Of a DNA stretch of 64,000 bases, positions 36,171 to 53,470 are shown piece after piece. The notes beneath the pieces are model-generated. The model saw nothing but the letters and a program-made list of their open reading frames with translations. It was not told the DNA's origin and did no database searches. Made by a program: the position numbers and the translations under genes. The stretch covers positions 102,796,001 through 102,860,000 of the forward strand of contig OZ024740.1 in assembly GCA_964016885.1 (NCBI GenBank). The letters are read 5' to 3'. The stretch comes from Eledone cirrhosa. Lineage: Eukaryota. Numbering within the stretch: the first letter of the stretch is position 1; the number at the start of each line of letters is the position of its first letter.

Positions 36171-39065
36171 AATTATTTTTTTTGCAGCGAGAATAGCAAG
36201 AGTGGTAAGATAACAAATAAAAAAACATATCAATAAGAAGACAAGAAAGAAAATGTTTAATATTGGAAATATGACTTTATTTTTTTGTGATTGTTGTCAG
36301 AATTATGGAAACTGATGATGACATTGACATTTGTGGCCACTGTTAACAGTGATTACTTCCAGAGTAACACACTAGGGAACAGCTGGCCTATTCAGTTAAC
36401 AAAACTACTACCCCAGGTAGGTGTCTATTTTGATGTACAACAGAGAGATAGAGAGAGAGACACACATACACACAGAGATGATGATATGAGAGAGAGAGAG
36501 AGAGAGAGAGAAAGGGAGAGAGAGAGAAAGAAAGGGAGAGAGAGAGAAAGGGAGAGAGAGAGAGAGAGAGAAAGGAAGAGAGAGAGAAATTGGTTGAACA
36601 ATAAACATAGAAAAAAAAAAGATGTTAAACTGCTGAAATGCTATTGACCAAAGTATCGCTGTAAGAGTTTATATAGCAGTCATTTTAACATAATATTTAT
36701 AATGTTGGGACAGAAACAAAAGACAAATATATATATACACACACACACTTTATATATATATTTATATATATATTACACACACATTGCGTATACAGAAATC
36801 TGAAGACAAAAATATATAAATGCAACATGTATGAATTTTTGGAAAATGCTGTTTTCCAAAATTGCTCTTTTCCTTTTTTGGATGGATTTCTTCCAAACAA
36901 TAGTTTAACTGAGAACTGTGTTGTCTTAAAAACTGACCTATTGTATGGCACTTGGCACTGGCTGCTTACAAAAAAAAAAGAAATAAAAAATAAACACCAA
37001 GTTTCACAAGGAACAGGCCACAAAAGTCAAAATTTCAAATCAATTCACATATATATGTCATAGTTGAAAATACCTCAATCACACTCCAAATTTCAATGAA
37101 GGTAACATCTCTCACTGAATGGTAATATTTTTGCCTGGAGGATTACGTAATGATACCACACACACACAATCAAGTTTCAACGCAGTCTGCTTAAACTTGT
37201 AGTGACAAGCAGGCATTGTATACCATTTTAATGAGATGACATGGATCCACACCCCTGACAAACTGTCAAGTGATTTAACGTCTTCACTTAGCAAGTTAAG
37301 TTCATGACACCCTAGAATGGGAATGATGATATATAAGCTGGGTAGCTGGCTGTATCTATCTATAATTGATACATTTCAGAACTCAAATTATTTGCTACCA
37401 GCAGACACATTATGTAAGCTTCATAAACATTGAACTCTGTTTAATGTGCTTATTTAATATTAGTTAAGCTCAGAATCTGTAGCATATAGATAGTTGTTTG
37501 TTTTACACACACACACACACATTCATACACATATATATATAAACACACATACATATATTATATATATATTTATCCACACACATATCTTGTACACTTTTCA
37601 TATTCTAATTACATCTACTGTGACATGCTTGTTAAAGAGAGAAGTTGGTGGGGAAAAATACTTCGCAAATGATTACCTATTGAAGTATTTTTTGGAGCTT
37701 CATATAAATGACAACTTTGAAATGTGTCTGGCACATAACAGTGATATCACTACAGTTGAAGAAACAATTCAACGAAAACACTTAGAAATAGTTTTGATGA
37801 CATGATGCATCTGCATGATGTCAGAGGTTAAAAGTGGCTTACATATATAGAGATAAAAATATTAATTACAAAGATAATAATAATCTGGAGTCTTATGATA
37901 TCATGATGGGAAATATTTGTGTATTTGAAGGAAGAAAAGCAAGTACTTAAGTCGATGTATAGAGGTAACATGTGAGTGAACTCAACAGAGATGAAGCACT
38001 AACCTTGTAATACTAGTGATGCACTAACCTTGTAACATTTCCTCTCCTTTTAATAGGCCTTGAGCAGCATTGCTTCCTACCAGAACTGGTATGTGTATGT
38101 ATGTGGAATATATTCTGATCAGATCTAAGCTACTTTATATATGGATCCCTGCCACATCAATTAAGTTGACAACATGAGATAGTCAACAGCATGAACCATG
38201 TGATCCTCCACTATGGAAACAATTGAGGCAGTCCAGAAATGAAGAAAAGCATTCATTTTCCAAAGCTAAACTGCCATGACCAAAGATGGTCAGACCCCTT
38301 ACGAAAGTCTAATTCAGTAAAGTTAAGGTCATTGAGTACACTGTCATGTCAGAGGAAAGCAATATAGAGTACAGCCACAAAAGGAAGCCCTTCAAATAAT
38401 GAAAACCTTAGGGAGCCTCTAGAAGAAGGGTAGCTGCAATAACTAGTTAGTGGAGGTTGTTGTTGCTTTTGTTTAGCTCCATATCAACTCTGAGCAGACA
38501 TACGATCAAACGAATCCTAGCCATGACCATCCCGTGTTTGAAGAGGTATCTAGGACTACATTATCTAATGTGTCGCTTTGATATTTTAAGATGGTGGAGT
38601 GTAATTTGGCTGCTATTTCTAATAGTTTGAGCTACCAAGTAAAGGCTCTCTTGTTGGTTCAAGTTAATGGAGATGGGTTTTAGTATTGTCATGAATTTGT
38701 GGTTAGATCCTAGCTGGCTGGAACTGGATTCAAGTAGAAAGATAGCAGAGGTGACGGAGGGAGGACATTCTAGAAGGAAGTAGAAACTGATTCACTATAC
38801 ATTTGTCACAGGTTATAACAAAGGAAAGATTAGTGTAAACTGAACATAGAATAAAATCTACCTTCAGTTAAAGTGAGATAGATGCTTATGTAACTTTGGT
38901 AGACTTTGTAAATGATGAAAAAGAGAGAGAGAGAATATTTGTCATGGGCATAAATCATTGTCATCTCCAGTTGAAAAGATTGTCTTACCACTTCAATCAT
39001 ACATAAACCATTCGGTTAAACTGTTTGAAATAACAAGGGTTTTCAAAACATGGAGCTAGCAGATT

Positions 39066-39335
39066 GATATTGCAGTAAAGGAGAAAGTGACATTAGAGTG
39101 AACAGATGGAGGAAAGAGTAACATTGCAGTGAACAGACACAGTAGAGAATATTATAGTGAACATACAAGGTAGAGAGTGATATTGCAGTGAACAGATGAA
39201 GGGTAGACTGACATTGCAGTGAACACACAATAACTGACCAATGACATAATTGCAGTGAACAGATGAAGGAGAAAGTGACATTGCAGTGAACAGACAATAA
39301 CAGACCAACGACCAATATTGCAATAAACAGATACA
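39066..39335. repeat. Diverged minisatellite, ~9 units of ~23-36 bp
   Basis: Recurring core ATTGCAGTGAACA with purine-rich variable tails. Confidence 0.88.
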
Positions 39336-41666
39336 GAACAGTTAAGTCGACAAAAAGGTTTGGACTGTTTTTAGTACTACATGACTGGAAGATGAGAATT
39401 TGTTTCATTTTTATGAGATTGTCGTAATGTTAGAAAAAAATATGTAGATTTGAAGAAAAACAGTTGTAAAGTGAACTTTTGCATATATAGGATATTCTGA
39501 TGTTATTGGTCAAAGTCAATGGAGTTTTATGGCAGATTAATGTCATAGCTAAGCCCTTATCATAATGCTATTATGCTATAACTGAACCAATGAACCAAGG
39601 GACAGGACTAATACTCAACTAAATTCATAACGTCACTTTTGAAATTTTGTATTTCTAAATGCTTCCATAATAAAATATATGTAGGAAGAATGTACAGGAG
39701 GGAGAAGAGAACACTTAAGAAATAAATTCCATTTGTTATTTACATGGTATCTAAAGATATTTTGTAGCATCTGAAAGACTTATTTCTCAAAGGTTAATCT
39801 TGCATCTCCTTGGTGCTGTCTTTCTTGCTCTTGCAAAGAAGCAGCCATTGTAGTAATTATATTAAAAGTAACTTGTTGAAGATTCAGATTCCAAAAATAA
39901 TGATTTAACAATTCCTGATTGGCATTTCAGAAAATTCTAGTAGAAAACATCTCTACTAGGTTTTAGTGTATGAAATATAATTTCTTACAGTGGCACAAAG
40001 CCCCAGTTTTATAAGAAAAGAGTGATGATGGGAGATGTGATGGTCCATATTTTTCATCGGGGTATTACTAGTGAAAATGGGATAACATGGCACCAATAGG
40101 GAATCAAAACTGGGTCTCACACTTGGCTCAGCAAGAGACTTTCCTCTACTTCTGTATGAAAAATATATAAACTAGAAAAGTTGAAAGAAGTGTCTGTTTG
40201 TGTGTGTGTGTGTGTATGTATATACATGTATATATATATATATACCATACAAACAACACAAGATATATAATTGAATGAAAAAAGCAAGGTGAGATGACAA
40301 GAGTGATTGTACTGAATAAACTGGCCAATCAGACAGAACAAACAGAACAATCATTGGATTGCATCAAACTGCAGCTGGAGAAGGCAATAGAAGATTGTTG
40401 ATATAATGTACACAAGAGAAGCTTCTAATCTATCTGCATTGATTGTGACAAAGTCTGACTACACAGTCCTGAATTAGATGCAGACACCGATTTCCATGTA
40501 ATGGAATAGAGCAGAAGGCAAGTTCTAGTTTTATCTAATATATATAAATTCTTATGCTCACCACCAGTTTTTCCGCATACACCTTTGGTTAAAATTACTG
40601 GCTTGGTAAAGGGTTTCACTGGTTAAAAGAATATATATATATATATATATTTACATACATACTCAGTTTGCAAAAAAAAAATATATAGCTTTTATGTTTT
40701 ATTCATTGTCTCAAAGTTGAAAAAAAAAATTTTTTTTTCATTTAATCATATTTTTGTACATGTGTAAATTTTCCTTTTGAGGCACCAAAGGCATGCAAGC
40801 TTGACAGGGACATGAAAAATAATGTAGACAGCCACATGGTGAAAAGAGTGAATTACATGAACAATCAGATGACTACAAGCCACACATACACACATCATGC
40901 AAATTTAGAGACTAATCTCATTGGAACAGATACAGATGAGGAAAAAATTAGCAATTTGTTGACAGACACAAACTCTAAACTAAATAGAGAATTATAATAA
41001 TAATAAATAATAGAAGTAGACTGTTTGGTGTGTTATTTTAAAATTCCCAAACTAGATGATGGGTTGGTGACACTGGTAACTATTCGTAAATTAGTACACT
41101 AACAAGTAGTCTAACAATCGATGTACTGTCAGATTACAACTATGTTCTCTAAACTAAATAAAAGGAGAAAACACAGGGAAAGATAACATCAACAGATGAG
41201 GGGATGGGGCTAAATTAAAACAGAAAAAGAAAAAATAATTAGGTCACATGAAATTGTTAGAACTTTTTCAGATAAACGTTTTCAATGGGAAAGGGGGTGG
41301 GAGTGCAACTGAGGTAAACAGTCGATCCCATAATGGTCTTGTTAGGTCCAAGGTAAGTCATGCAGTGATGCTTGGAAGTTGAAGTTGCTGCGGAATACTG
41401 GCCTAGAGTGTTCTCAGATTTGAAGCAACTGGTACACAAAATGAACAACAAAATACCAACATCAATAACAGTGATGCACACTGCCTAGTGTGAAGAGAAT
41501 ACAGCAAAGAGCCAACTGGTAACATTGCTAGTGGGGTTTCTTGTTTGGATCAACTGGCACCAAAAACTCTTTAACCTGTTCCAGGGAAGTTGGCAGCAGT
41601 TAGGAGTAGAAAGAAGCTTGCATTCATGGTTGTCCAATAATGATAATCATATTAATAATGATAATA

Positions 41667-41801
41667 TTAATAACAATCAATCATTCCAGTTTTGCATTTG
41701 CAAGCCACTCTAGCATGGATTTTGGCATGAACTTTCAGATATTCTGGACGATTTTCCAGTTCTTTGTCGACATGTTTTGATCTTTCATTTTCTTCTTCTT
41801 C
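41667..41801 (-). CDS. Possible terminal coding exon of an unidentified host gene
   Basis: Strong acceptor TTTTTTTTTGTCATTTTAG|G. Phase 0 gives EEEENERSKHVDKELENRPEYLKVHAKIHARVACKCKTGMIDCY*; phase 1 gives KKKKMKDQNMSTKNWKIVQNI*. Followed by non-repetitive UTR-like sequence. Confidence 0.4.
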   Translation of the reverse strand, partial: EEEENERSKHVDKELENRPEYLKVHAKIHARVACKCKTGMIDCY

Positions 41802-41860
41802 CTAAAATGACAAAAAAAAACATTATTATTGTTGTTGGTATTATCATTAATGTTATTATA

Positions 41861-42095
41861 AGGGTGGTGGATTGGTAGAATTGTTTAGAAATTTGGACAA
41901 AAAAATTTGCAGCATTTAGTTACAGCCATTTATGTTCTGAGTTCTAATTCGTTGAGTTCTAATTCCACAGAAGTCAATCTTGCTTTCCATACTTTCAGAG
42001 TCGATAAAATATAACGTCAGTAAACTACTGGGGTCGATATTAACATTTCACTCCCACCAAATTGCTGGCCTGTGCCAATGACAGAAATAATTATC
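41861..42095 (+). mobile_element. SINE family A
   Basis: AGGGTGGTGGATTGG head, locally duplicated B-box, central domain and tail. Confidence 0.82.
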
Positions 42096-42443
42096 ATCTA
42101 TATCATTAAAAAAATAAAACTATTTCTCTCTCTCTCTGTCCATCACAACATGAATGTAGGACGGGAAAGGAGGAGGAGTGTAAAGTTGTTGTTGAGGGAG
42201 AAATAGTGAGAGAGCAAATGTGCACGAAAAAGAGATGGATTTTTATGGTATGAGAATGAATATGATGACAACAAAACTTTAAAAAAAGAATTTCACTATA
42301 ATAACAGTTTGTTGTTGAAGAGAGAAATAGATCATGACATTTGTCTGTTACACTTATATGTATATAAATAATACATAGAATATTTACGTATTTTTCTGGT
42401 TGTTTTACTGGCAGCATAGCAACGGATTTTTACTAGTAATAAT

Positions 42444-42631
42444 TGTTTCTACATTTGGCACAAGGCCAGCAATTACCCAGTACATTACTGGTACTTTATT
42501 TTATCGACCCCGTAAGGATGAAAGAAAGTTAACCTCGGCGGGATTTGAACTCAGATCATAAAGGGGCGCGTAACTCTATGCTTCAAAGCATGGCATCCGA
42601 CTCTACCGATTACTGCCAATCCACCACCCTA
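42444..42631 (-). mobile_element. SINE family A with 18-bp target-site duplication
   Basis: ATTTTTACTAGTAATAAT at 42426-42443 and 42632-42649. Confidence 0.9.
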
Positions 42632-42664
42632 ATTTTTACTAGTAATAATAATAATTTAGTATTA

Positions 42665-43040
42665 AGGGCAGTGGATTAGCAGTATCAGTAGAATGCCAGA
42701 CACCATGCTTCGCGACATAGAGTTACGTCCCTTTACGCCCTGAGTTCAAATCTCCTTGTGGTGAACTTTGCTTTTCATCCTTACGTGATCAAATAAAATA
42801 ATAGTTATACCAGTAACACACTGGAATTCGATTTAATTAATTTTCCCTCTCCCACCAAATTGTTGACTTTGTGCCTAAACCAGAAAACCATTATTAAGAG
42901 CAGTGAGATGGCAGATTTAATGTAATGATGTATTAACTGTAATGCAGTATTTTGGCTAAATTAAAAATTGAAATCCTTCCAAAGACAATCTTACTTTTCC
43001 TTTATTTCTGGTTGATAAAACCGGTCAAGTACCGAGATCA
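42665..43040 (+). mobile_element. SINE family A copy followed by an older degenerate copy
   Basis: 42665-42895 is clear; 42897-43040 is weakly similar. Confidence 0.75.
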
Positions 43041-43550
43041 ACTTATCACCTATTATTCAGTACAATAAAATAAAATAAAATAAATCTCACTAAATCAGTT
43101 ATAATAAATAAAATAAAATAATTACTCCACAGCAATGGCCTCAGCCAGATGGTTGGAACAGATAAAGAATACTCAGCTACAATCCTGTCACAATATTTTG
43201 TGATCTTGATGCAAGTTAAAGTCAAGTATTTGACAAATGGAGAACAGTTAACTCTCCCTTGTATACAATTTAACAATTTAGAGATTATTGAGAATTGGAG
43301 CTTCACTGTTGTGACAACAGATTTGATTCATTTGTGAATAAAATGAAGTGATAGGAAAGATTCTCAGTCATAAAGCTTGCAATAAGGGATTGGGAGGTAC
43401 CTTCAGTTTTGTGTCAAAAGACATGACAACTTACTTTACCTGTGTATATAATAGACCAATACCATACTAAGTGAAGACAAAAGACCCTCACACTCCTAAC
43501 CCCAGCCAATTTCTGCCCAAAAGCACCTTAATATCTTATTACGATAGACT

Positions 43551-43750
43551 NNNNNNNNNNNNNNNNNNNNNNNNNNNNNNNNNNNNNNNNNNNNNNNNNN
43601 NNNNNNNNNNNNNNNNNNNNNNNNNNNNNNNNNNNNNNNNNNNNNNNNNNNNNNNNNNNNNNNNNNNNNNNNNNNNNNNNNNNNNNNNNNNNNNNNNNNN
43701 NNNNNNNNNNNNNNNNNNNNNNNNNNNNNNNNNNNNNNNNNNNNNNNNNN
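43551..43750. other. Assembly gap (200 N)
   Basis: N run. Confidence 1.
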
Positions 43751-44860
43751 CCTTCCTAACACCAACCACATTTACAGTGTGGGGCTGGGAGGTTTTTACC
43801 GTGTTGCCTACACGGCCACATTACAGCGTGGACTGTCTGGCGGGTTTTCTACAGTTGGATGCCCTTCCTAACACCAACCACATTTACAGTGTGGGTCTGG
43901 GAGGTTTTTACCGTGTTGCCTACACGGCCACATTTACAGCGTGGACTGTGTGTTTTTTGTCGTGACACCTACACGATCTCATTTGTTTCGGCCTGGATGT
44001 TGTGGGACCAACATAACTTTACATTGAAAGGGGCGGTGTGGGTGGGGTGGAGGTGGTGGGACGGGGGTGTGTTTTGATAGAGATGCCTACTGACTGTAGT
44101 AGGTTTTTACTTTGTATTTAGGTAAGGCGGGTCTTCTCTATTACTGAGTACCGCCAAAGGTCTCGGTCCAGTGACATTGTCTTGGAGAGGTGTAAGCGTG
44201 TGAGGTCGGAATTTATCAGCTCGTCCCATGTTTTTCTGGGTCTGCCTACTCCGTGGCTACCGTCTATCTTTATTGCCCTGCACTTTGTTATACAGCTGTC
44301 GTCTTTCATGCGCATCACGTGACCGTACCAACGTAGCCTTCTCTCGAGTAAACAACATCTGATCCCTCTTATTTCTAATTTTTTCCTTAGTTCGTTTATG
44401 CTTTGCCGTTCACGTATATTACTATTGCACATCCAGCGGAGCATGCAAGCTTCGTTCCTCTCTAGTCTGCGTATATCCTCTGCACACAATGCCCAGGTCT
44501 CACTGCCATGCAGCATTGCTGTTCGTATGCAGGCATCGTATTACCTGCCTTTCATTTTTAGGGAGAACCCTCTAGCGGCTAATAGTGGTATAAGCTCTCT
44601 GAACTTTTTCCATCCAGTTCTGACTCTAGCTACTGTACTTTCAGAGCACCCTCCCCCACTGCTGATTTTGTCACCCAGATAACGGAAGCTGTCCACTATT
44701 TCTATAGAACCCTCTGCGCAGTTGAAGGAGCTAGTATTTTGTGGGCACTTGCTGCTACTTATTGCACCAGAGCACCGGCCACATGTAAAATCTATGTTCT
44801 TAGTTAGCTTACCTGTGATCCCACTACATCTTTTATGCACCCATACTTTTATGCACCCAT
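43751..44860 (-). mobile_element. 5'-truncated young RTE copy with a 112-bp 3' UTR duplication
   Basis: VWVHKRC...MLHGSETW...EKTRLT*; nearly identical to 61037-62262. Confidence 0.94.
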
Positions 44861-44861
44861 A

Positions 44862-49367
<4,506 letters not shown>

Positions 49368-49532
49368 AAATGTGGTTGGTGTTAGGAAGGGCATCCAACT
49401 GTAGAAAACCTGCCAGACAGTCCTATGCGAGCAAGACAATCACTCTTGCCTCAAGTGGGACTACCCCCGTCCAAACCCATGCAAGCGTGGAACACGGACG
49501 TTAAACGTTGATGATGATGATGATGATGATGA
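49368..49532 (+). mobile_element. 165-bp RTE 3'-end insertion
   Basis: Reverse complement of 56132-56293, with a (GAT)n tail. Confidence 0.9.
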
Positions 49533-49609
49533 TATATACATACATATATATATATATATACATACATATATACATATATATACATATATATACATATATA
49601 TATATATAC

Positions 49610-49642
<33 letters not shown>

Positions 49643-49722
49643 CATATATATACATATATATACATATACATATATATACATATATATACATATATATACA
49701 TATATATATATATATACAGATA

Positions 49723-51607
49723 TATTTCTTTATTAGCCACAAGGGTGCACAAGAAAAGGGGACAATACAAAGACATGCCGGGAATTTTACATACAGTCGT
49801 GTAAAAAATATAAAAACAAACAATTACAACAATCAAAATCCTCAATTGGGGGGAGGCCCCACAAATGGGTTGTTTAATACCCCGTCGATAGAACAACCCT
49901 CAACTCCAGGAGTGTTTTGTGCAAGTGCTCCTTTCTTCCTTTTGCTCTCTTCCTTCAACCTACAGGCTTATATACAGAGAAGGCCCAATCACTCGGCCAT
50001 TTTTGCCACTTTCACCCACCTTCCAGTAAATTTACTGGGGTGCAGTGCCTCTCTCTCCACCCTGATTCTCCTTCTAAAGTGATACTTAAAGAAGGGAATC
50101 AATTGTTGTCCGGAAAGAAAGGCATCTGTACTCAGATAACCTCTTCCACCATATAACTTCTTTCACCATAGCCACCGTACAGAGGAAAACCACCTCCCTT
50201 TCGTTTTTGAAAGAGGCTGGCGGTTTGATCCTTACTATGGATTCGGCAGTCAACTGGATTTGTCCCATACGCGACTACAGTTGTTCTGCATAGTTCCACA
50301 GCTCGGTTACGCCCGGGCAGTGTACAATTGCGTGCAGGACTGTTTCAATGTCCTGCGCACATCTTGGACACGTCCTCTTGGAAGGATCCCTGCCAGGGCG
50401 TCCGTGCCTGTAGATCTTGTCCCGAACTGGTAGAGCACCTCGGTAGCACTTGCAGGCCAGGGACCTGGGTGGTCCATAGGTCCCGGGCGGAAAGTCCTAC
50501 CAAACTGACTGGTGAGCTCATCGTCTTCGACGCCCAGAGTCTCTCCGAGCACGTCGTCGCCCTTGTAACGTACAATCCCTCTATAGAATGTCGAAGTGGA
50601 GTCTCCACTGATTGCTGCGCCCGCTTGCCAGAGGACTGTGAGCGCCTGAGCGCATTCAATGTGCCAGGCGCCCATCGTTTTCGGTCTTTTCTTCACCCAG
50701 GACTGCAGCTCCGTCAGCGAGACGAGCTGTGGGAAAGCCTGTCTCACAAACGGTGCTCACACCGGTTGGGGGTCGGTGAGGAATACCTGGAGATGCCGCA
50801 GCCTCAGCGCATGTTTGCACATCATCAGCCACGGCATTCCCAGCTCTCCGTTGGAAGGGTGCTGACAGCAGACGGATCTCCTCACCAGCGGAGCCTGCTT
50901 CTTCCACAGAAACTGGAAGAGCATGCGTTCCATCTTGGCGAGGTGTTCACGGGGAGAAGACACGACAGTCAAGCGGTAGTAAATGACGGACGCTATGAAA
51001 GTGTTCGCCACCTCCGCTCGACCTTTCAAGGACAGTTTGCACTCTGCCCACTTCTGGGTGAGTGCAAACACCTTGGCCGTGACCTCGTTCCAGTTTTTCT
51101 ACACTTGGAGGTCTGGACCGAACCAGATCCCGAGCAATTTCACTGGTCCGTCCGTCCAGCGTCCAAAGACGCTGTCGGATGTCATCGGTTTGCCTCTCCA
51201 CGTACCGAGTTGCAAACCGACAGACTTGTCCGGGTTTAGTTTTGCTCCCGTCAGTGTTTCGTATTCTTTCAGTAAGTTGCCGATCACCCCGATTTCCGAG
51301 GTGCTCGACACCATTACCGTTACGTCGTCGGCATAAGCCGACGCCACTTTGCGCAGTCCCGGTTCTAGAGGGATGCCCTGCAACAGCTCCAATTTCCGCA
51401 GTAGTGGCTCTAGAGTCAATACATACAGAATGGAGGAGAGAGGGCACCCCTGTCGAATGGAACGCGTGATTGCGAACGGCTCCGATAGGTAGCCGTTCAC
51501 CTTGACCCTCGAGCAGATGCTGGTGTGCATCGCCTCGATCCATCCTCTGAACACGGGACCGAAACCGGCCGCCTTGAGAACCGCTTCCAAGTATCGATGG
51601 TCGACCC
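49723..51607 (-). mobile_element. 5'-truncated Tx1/L1-clade LINE
   Basis: VDHRYL, IRQGCPLS, YADDV, LLGIWF, LSLKGR, CPRC...H...HC zinc knuckle. AATAAA 3' end; TSD TATATATATATACAGATA. Confidence 0.9.
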
Positions 51608-51620
51608 TATATATATATAC

Positions 51621-51707
<87 letters not shown>

Positions 51708-51773
51708 ATGATAGATAGATAGATAGATAGATAGATAGAATGATAGATAGATAGATAGATAGATAGATAGAAT

Positions 51774-51805
<32 letters not shown>

Positions 51806-51830
51806 TATAGATAGAATGATAGAATGATGA
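51621..51830. repeat. (GATA)n microsatellite
   Basis: Direct reading. Confidence 0.97.
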
Positions 51831-52309
51831 GTGTGTGTGTGTGTGTACACACACACACATATATATATAACATATATATACATACACACACACGCATCCA
51901 TGTATGCACATACTTATCATCATCATCTATCGTTATTGGTGTGTTCATTAATTCAGCTAAATGTTTGGAACAAATACCAAATGTAGCAAAGTTATTTGAA
52001 GTAAGCCAGTGGTTTCTACCAGTGGGGAAATTTAACAACAAAACAACAGCCCAGTTAAGCCCTACTCATACAGATTCTAGAGATTTGTGAAAGAATTAAC
52101 AAAGAATTTCAACAGCTATGAGTGAATGGCAAATATAATCTGTCTTCTTGGAATCTACTCCTATTGTTTCTCAGTTTCTACAGAAGAAATCAATATTAAT
52201 TCATGAAATTCAAAGAGATGATTCTATGGCTGATAAATCTACATATTTTCACTTAATTCATTAAGATGGTCTACATTTCTATGTCTCATTGTCACTGTCT
52301 GGTATTCTT

Positions 52310-52487
52310 GATGATAATGATGATGATATGATGGTAGTGATGGTGATGATGATGGTGATGGAGGTCATGATAATAGTGATGGTAATGATGATGATGGTGG
52401 TGGTGATTATGATGATGGTAATGATGATGATGATGGTGGTGGTGATTATGATGATGGTAATGATGATAATGATGATGATAGTTGATG
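52310..52487. repeat. (GAT/GGT)n trinucleotide tract
   Basis: Direct reading. Confidence 0.93.
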
Positions 52488-52669
52488 GGTTAAAGAGTGT
52501 TTTGCAGCCAGTTGGTTCTGGGTTCAGTGCCAGTTGCATAGATTCATGGGCATGCATGATTTTTGACAAGCTTGCTAGATGCATCAGTCGCTGTCAGGCA
52601 ACCTGCATATGAGATGCTGTACTACTTATTCATCACATTTTTATTGAGCCTGATACAGCCAACAAGGAC

Positions 52670-53227
52670 CCTGAAGATGAAACATGGGTATATAGGTATG
52701 ACCTGGAAACCAAAGCTCAATCATCACAGTGGAAGTATCCAACATGCCAAGTTGCAAAAAAGTACATCAAGATGATGATGACTGTTTTCTTCCAGGGTGT
52801 TGTGCATCATGAATTTACAGCAGAAGGACAAACAGTTACAAAGACGTACTTGTTATTAGGAAGTCCTTGAATGTTTTTGTAATGAAATTCAGCACAAGAG
52901 ACCAGATCTGTGAAGCTCATAAAATTGGCAGCTGCATCATAACAACACCCTAGCTTATTTGTTACAGCTGATCCAAGGTAAAGAAAGATATTTCACTCAT
53001 TCACCAATCTCACTACTCTCCTGACATGGTTCCTTCTGATTTCTGGTTGTTCCCCAAAAATCAAGATGCCACAGAAAGGCTCCCATTTTAAGAGCTGAGA
53101 GGACATCATGAAAACAGCAGAGCTATGAGCCAATCCAGAAGAAGCATTCTAGATGTGTTTCAAACAGTGGAAGGATCACTGGGCTAAGTATGTGGAAGCA
53201 CTAGGGGCTTGCTTTGAAGGGGATTAA
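52670..53227 (+). pseudogene. Decayed mariner (DD34D-type) transposase
   Basis: DETWVYRYDLETKAQSSQW, GVVHHEF, WQLHHNN, YSPDMVPSDFWLFPK, FEGD*. Confidence 0.88.
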
Positions 53228-53247
53228 CAATTGCACTCCACCAAGTA

Positions 53248-53470
53248 CTGTATATACTCGAATATAAGCCACAAAATATTTGACCGGAAAAAAAAAAAGA
53301 AAAAAAAAAAAAAAAAAAAAATCAATGGTGGAAGGGGGAGTTAGCTTATATTCAGGGTCAATATTTTGACAATTTTCACCAACTTCAAATTCCTCATAAA
53401 TAAGGTTTGGATGGTTGCCAATTTCTCAGACATAAAATAGTGGGGTCAGCTTATAATCGAGTATATACAA
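53248..53470. mobile_element. Tc1/mariner-superfamily MITE (same family as 21223-26794)
   Basis: TA|CTGTATATACTCGAATATAAGC ... GCTTATAATCGAGTATATACAA. Confidence 0.8.

Noticed and set aside
39066-39335. CRISPR-like repeat/spacer appearance
   Set aside because: The core is only 13 bp, the spacers resemble each other, there are no cas genes, and the context is eukaryotic.
41257-41481. 74-aa ORF resembling a secreted peptide (also 40425-40619 and a possible + exon near 39792-39852)
   Set aside because: No homology I recognise and no supporting splice structure; likely chance ORFs.
50328-51239. 303-aa plus-strand ORF
   Set aside because: It is the antisense frame of the GC-rich Tx1 coding region and has no recognisable motifs.
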